From contig CAVUMU010000002.1 of the NCBI GenBank assembly GCA_963742755.1, positions 108,987 through 172,986 of the forward strand: 64,000 nt of DNA, given 5' to 3'. The first letter of the stretch is position 1. Each line of letters starts with the position of its first letter. Origin of the DNA: an uncultured Gemmatimonadales bacterium. GTDB lineage: Bacteria > Gemmatimonadota > Gemmatimonadetes > Gemmatimonadales > GWC2-71-9. The notes under the pieces are model-generated. The model had not been told where the DNA came from. It searched no databases and saw only the letters and a program-made list of their open reading frames with translations. A program made the position numbers and the translations under genes. Shown here one piece after another: positions 60,623 through 64,000 of the stretch.

Positions 60623-62731
60623 ATGAACTCCGTGCTCCGGCTGGTCTGCCTGGTCGGGGTCCTGGTCTCGACCGTCCCGCTTTCCGCCCAGGAGCGGCAG
60701 CTGGTCGTTCGCCAGCTCGACTTCAGCGGCAACAGCGCAATCTCGGACGAGGTGCTCGCCAGCGCCATCTCCACCACCAATTCCAGCGTGTTCGCGCGGA
60801 GCTTCTTTTTCCGCTGGATGGGCTTGGGCGCCAAGCGGTATTTCGATGAGCAGGAGTTTCGCCGTGACGTGGTCCGGCTCGGGGTTTTGTACAAGCGGAG
60901 CGGGTACAACGACGCCGTCATCGATACGCTGGTCCAGCGTACGCCTGAGGACGTCTACATTACGTTCACTATCCAGGAAGGTGCGCCGATCATAGTTGCG
61001 ACGCTCACCATCACTGGACTGGACTCACTGCGGGACCGGGCGCGCCGGGCAGCGCTGGAGGACTTGCCGCTGCAGCGGGGTGATCCGTTCAACCGGTACG
61101 CCATGCAGGCGAGCGCGGACAGCATCTCACGGCGGCTTCGGGACCGGGGCTATCCCTCGGCAACCGTTTTTACCGGCTTCGAGGTCGAGAAGCCGGCGCG
61201 AAGAGCCACGGTGACGCTCGAGGTTGCACCGGGCCGCAGAGCGGTGATCGGGCGGGTCACGGTGGTAGGTGCCGCGCGGGTGGATTCCTCCCTGGTCCGC
61301 AAGCTGTTAGTGGCGAGGCCGGGCCGGCGGTACTCGCAGGAGGAGCTGTTTCAGAGCCAGCGAAACCTCTACGAGTCAGATCTCTTCCGATTCGCCTCGG
61401 TCAACATCGACTCGACCACGTTCCAGCCGGGGGCCGACTCGGTGCCCCTCCTGGTCCAGGTAAACGAGGGCAAGCGGCGCCGGATACGGGGGGGCCTCGG
61501 TTACGCCACCAACGATTGCTTCCGCGGCTCGCTGGGCTGGACGTCGCGCGACTTTCTGGGAGGCGGCAGGATCCTCGACCTCACCAGCCGTATCTCGAAA
61601 GTTGGGGTGGGTGCCCCGCTCGACTGGGGCCTGGCGGACAACATCTGCGGCGCCTCCCGAGACGACGCCGTCGGATCGGCCAAGGTGAACTTCTACCTCG
61701 GCGCTTCGGTGCGCCGGCCGGCGTTCCTCTCCCCCAACAATGCGGTCACGGTTTCGGTTTTCACCGAACGCCGCTCCGAGTACAAGGTGTACCTGAGGCA
61801 GGAGACCGGCGCCAGCATAGCATTTACCCGCACCACACCCAGGCGGCGCAACCCCTTGTCGCTGGCCTACACCCTGACGTACGGCCGGACCGAGGCGACG
61901 CCCCAGAGCTTTTGCGCGTTCTTCAACGCCTGTACCGCCGATGTCATCGATGCACTGAGGCAGCGCCGGGTCCTGGCGACGATCACGGCCCTGGGAAACT
62001 TCCCCCGGGTTAACAGCCAGATCGATCCGACCCGGGGATCGATCGCCTCCCTCGAGGTGACCCACAGCTCCAAGTACATCGGCTCCTCCTCACTGCAGCA
62101 GTTCACCCGGTTCGGGGGAGCGATGGCGTGGTACCGGCCACTTTCCCGAAATGTGGTCTTGAGCTGGCGGGTCAAGGGCGGGTTTATCGTCTCGCCCAAC
62201 GTGGACATCGCCTCGGAGAGCGGTGCCTTCATTCCGCCGGAGCAGCGGTTCTATGCCGGTGGTCCGAATGACGTGCGCGGTTTCGATCGAAACGAGCTCG
62301 GACCGGTGGTGTACGTGATACCCCAGACCGCAGTAAGCAATCCAGACAGCATCAATGCGGACTCGGTGCGGGTCGCCGCGACCGGTGGCAACAGCATCGC
62401 GGTGGCCAACGTCGAGGTCCGGGTGCCCTCGCCGGTCCTGAGCTCCCGGCTTCGCCTGGCGGCATTCGTGGACGCTGGAGGAGTCTGGACGCGGGGCGGC
62501 AACGAACGTACAGCGGTGATCCGGGTGACCCCGGGCCTCGGTCTGCGAATAGCGACTCCGTTGGGCCCTGCCCGGCTGGACGTGGCCTACAACCCCTACA
62601 AGCTGCAGCCGGGGACGCTGTTCGAGTTTGATGATCAGGGCAATCTCACTCCGGTTCAGGGACAGGGTTCCTACATCTTGCCACGTAAAGGCAAGTTCAC
62701 TTTTCACATCGCCGTGGGGCAGGCGTTCTGA
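60623..62731 (+). CDS. bamA: Omp85-family outer-membrane protein assembly factor (BamA/TamA-like, POTRA + barrel)
   Basis: ATG 60623, 702 aa. Signal peptide ending LSAQE. POTRA-like repeats (VRQLDFSGNSAISDEVL...). C-terminal barrel with GGPNDVRGF, ending VGQAF. Confidence 0.8.
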   Translation: MNSVLRLVCLVGVLVSTVPLSAQERQLVVRQLDFSGNSAISDEVLASAISTTNSSVFARSFFFRWMGLGAKRYFDEQEFRRDVVRLGVLYKRSGYNDAVIDTLVQRTPEDVYITFTIQEGAPIIVATLTITGLDSLRDRARRAALEDLPLQRGDPFNRYAMQASADSISRRLRDRGYPSATVFTGFEVEKPARRATVTLEVAPGRRAVIGRVTVVGAARVDSSLVRKLLVARPGRRYSQEELFQSQRNLYESDLFRFASVNIDSTTFQPGADSVPLLVQVNEGKRRRIRGGLGYATNDCFRGSLGWTSRDFLGGGRILDLTSRISKVGVGAPLDWGLADNICGASRDDAVGSAKVNFYLGASVRRPAFLSPNNAVTVSVFTERRSEYKVYLRQETGASIAFTRTTPRRRNPLSLAYTLTYGRTEATPQSFCAFFNACTADVIDALRQRRVLATITALGNFPRVNSQIDPTRGSIASLEVTHSSKYIGSSSLQQFTRFGGAMAWYRPLSRNVVLSWRVKGGFIVSPNVDIASESGAFIPPEQRFYAGGPNDVRGFDRNELGPVVYVIPQTAVSNPDSINADSVRVAATGGNSIAVANVEVRVPSPVLSSRLRLAAFVDAGGVWTRGGNERTAVIRVTPGLGLRIATPLGPARLDVAYNPYKLQPGTLFEFDDQGNLTPVQGQGSYILPRKGKFTFHIAVGQAF

Positions 62732-64000
62732 TGCGCCGCCAGCGTGCGATGCGCCGCCAACTGGCTCGGTTCCTGTTCGTCTTCGTGATCGGGAGCGCCG
62801 CGATGATCCTGGGGGTGATCACCTCCATGACCCTCACCCCGCCCGGCCGCGACCTGCTGGCCCGAACCGTCTCGAGGTTCCTCGACCGCATCGTCATCGG
62901 CCAGATCCGGGTGGGGTCAATCTCCGGCTCATTCCTGTACGACCTCACGCTCGAAAATCTGGTAGTGCGCGACACCAGCGGAGAGCTGCTGGCAAACCTG
63001 CCCCGGGTGCGGGTCGCCTACCGGCTGCCGAACTTCATCGCCGGCCAGGTGGTGCTGAGCGCGATACAGATGGATAGTCCCACCATCCAGCTGATCAAGC
63101 ATCGCAACGGCCGGATGAACTACGAAGAGGTGCTCGGGATCGGGAAGGGGTCCAAAGGCGGAAAGTCTCCGCTGGTCGAGTTCCACAACGTCAAGATGAC
63201 GGACGGGATGCTTCGGATTGCGCTGCCGTGGAATCCTCCCCGCACCGCCCGCACCGAGACCAGCGTCGACTCGGCACTCAGCGCCGAGCGGGCGAAGCCG
63301 GGCCGCATCGTGGAACAGACTCCCGAAGGTCTTCGGCGGGTGATCGTTCTGGCTGATCTCGCCACCCGGATGTCCCGAATGCGCATCGCCACTCCTGACC
63401 GGCTGCCATTCACCATCGATCTCGACTCCCTCGCCACCCGGGTCAACGACCCCGGAGTGACGCTCACGCACGCGGTCGGCCGAGTGCGAATCCGGGGGGA
63501 CAGTGCCGTGTTCAGCCTCTCCCGGGGCGCGTTGCCGGATACCCGATTCTCCGGTGGTGGGGCGGTCACCTGGCCCCGGGACACGATCCTCTTTGATTTC
63601 CAGGTCATCTCGCCTCACGTCAATCTGGAGGACCTGCGCTGGGTCTCGCCCAAATTCCCCTCGATGACGGGGCGCGGGGTCCTCACCGCCCGGTCCGAGA
63701 CCGGCGTGCGGACGGCCTACGACATCCGCGACCTCCACCTCACTGGTCCCGAGGGGCAGGTTGATGGCGACTTGGTGACGATCACCGATCGTCGGCGCGG
63801 ACTCGGGGTCCGTGACATGAACGTGAGACTGGGGGAGCTGGATCTCGATGCCGCGCGCCGCTTTCTGGACAGCCTCCCCTTCTACGGAACCGTCACCGGC
63901 AAGCTGGCGGGTTCGGGATTTCTGAATGCCCTCGACCTCAGCATCGAGTGGGCCTTCAGGGACGCGGCCGTGCCGGGAAATCCCCTGACGACCATTGCCG
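62731..64000 (+). CDS. tamB: TamB-like translocation-and-assembly-module protein, 5' part (runs off the window)
   Basis: Not in the ORF track because it has no stop. I translated it by hand from ATG 62731 (TGATG overlap with the upstream stop): MRRQRAMRRQLARFLFVFVIGSAAMILGVITSM...IRVGSISGSFLYDLTLENLVVRD. It has an N-terminal anchor helix and repetitive beta-rich sequence, and stays open to 64000. Confidence 0.7.
   Translation, partial: MRRQRAMRRQLARFLFVFVIGSAAMILGVITSMTLTPPGRDLLARTVSRFLDRIVIGQIRVGSISGSFLYDLTLENLVVRDTSGELLANLPRVRVAYRLPNFIAGQVVLSAIQMDSPTIQLIKHRNGRMNYEEVLGIGKGSKGGKSPLVEFHNVKMTDGMLRIALPWNPPRTARTETSVDSALSAERAKPGRIVEQTPEGLRRVIVLADLATRMSRMRIATPDRLPFTIDLDSLATRVNDPGVTLTHAVGRVRIRGDSAVFSLSRGALPDTRFSGGGAVTWPRDTILFDFQVISPHVNLEDLRWVSPKFPSMTGRGVLTARSETGVRTAYDIRDLHLTGPEGQVDGDLVTITDRRRGLGVRDMNVRLGELDLDAARRFLDSLPFYGTVTGKLAGSGFLNALDLSIEWAFRDAAVPGNPLTTIA

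Overview
High-GC bacterial chromosomal window, densely packed with about 55 credible protein genes. Many genes are joined by 1-14 nt overlaps such as ATGA/GTGA. I found no rRNA, tRNA, CRISPR array, transposase or phage genes. The SusC/SusD pair, CarboxypepD_reg TonB receptors, BamA/TamB and DUF4397 suggest a Gram-negative, possibly Gemmatimonadota-like organism, but that is only a guess.

Gene content, left to right:
- A SusD/SusC pair and a divergent TonB-dependent receptor.
- A roughly 10 kb plus-strand catabolic cluster (7624-17483): FAD oxidoreductase, cupin, Rieske oxygenase, sarcosine/N-methyl-amino-acid oxidase, APC permease, DUF485 + ActP-like symporter, agmatinase-family ureohydrolase and a frameshifted M20 peptidase. 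A second, convergent Rieske oxygenase closes it at 17533-18666.
- Fumarylacetoacetase coupled to an unknown ORF, then succinate-semialdehyde dehydrogenase.
- An envelope-modification trio: mini membrane protein, SAM methyltransferase, sulfatase-like membrane protein.
- YihY, LOG, an aldo/keto reductase, a CBS protein, DoxX and oligopeptidase B.
- Envelope proteins: PrcB-like, DUF4397, Yip1, M48 protease.
- A uracil-DNA glycosylase.
- An AAA+ (ChlI-like) ATPase and its VWA partner, separated by an opposite-strand MFS + cytidylate-kinase-like pair.
- YgfZ, a HAD hydrolase, and a LonN-glcDEF operon.
- A multiply frameshifted sigma-70-family gene behind a near-consensus promoter.
- aroB, a PduO-type adenosyltransferase, a ferredoxin-NADP reductase, a GT87-like membrane protein and dacB.
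- An incomplete peptide ABC transporter, then BamA and the start of TamB.

The most unusual signal is non-coding. At least nine intergenic elements share one architecture: an inverted repeat whose arms are tandem arrays of 7-8 nt units. The unit sequence differs from locus to locus (GTGAGAA, GTGAACR, GGAGTCA, GGTCTAG/GAGTCTA, GCGGGGCA). Three further purine-rich 9-mer tandem arrays sit immediately after stop codons. Five flanking genes take their stop codon from inside an arm or from the partial unit abutting it. I cannot assign these elements to any repeat family I can name.
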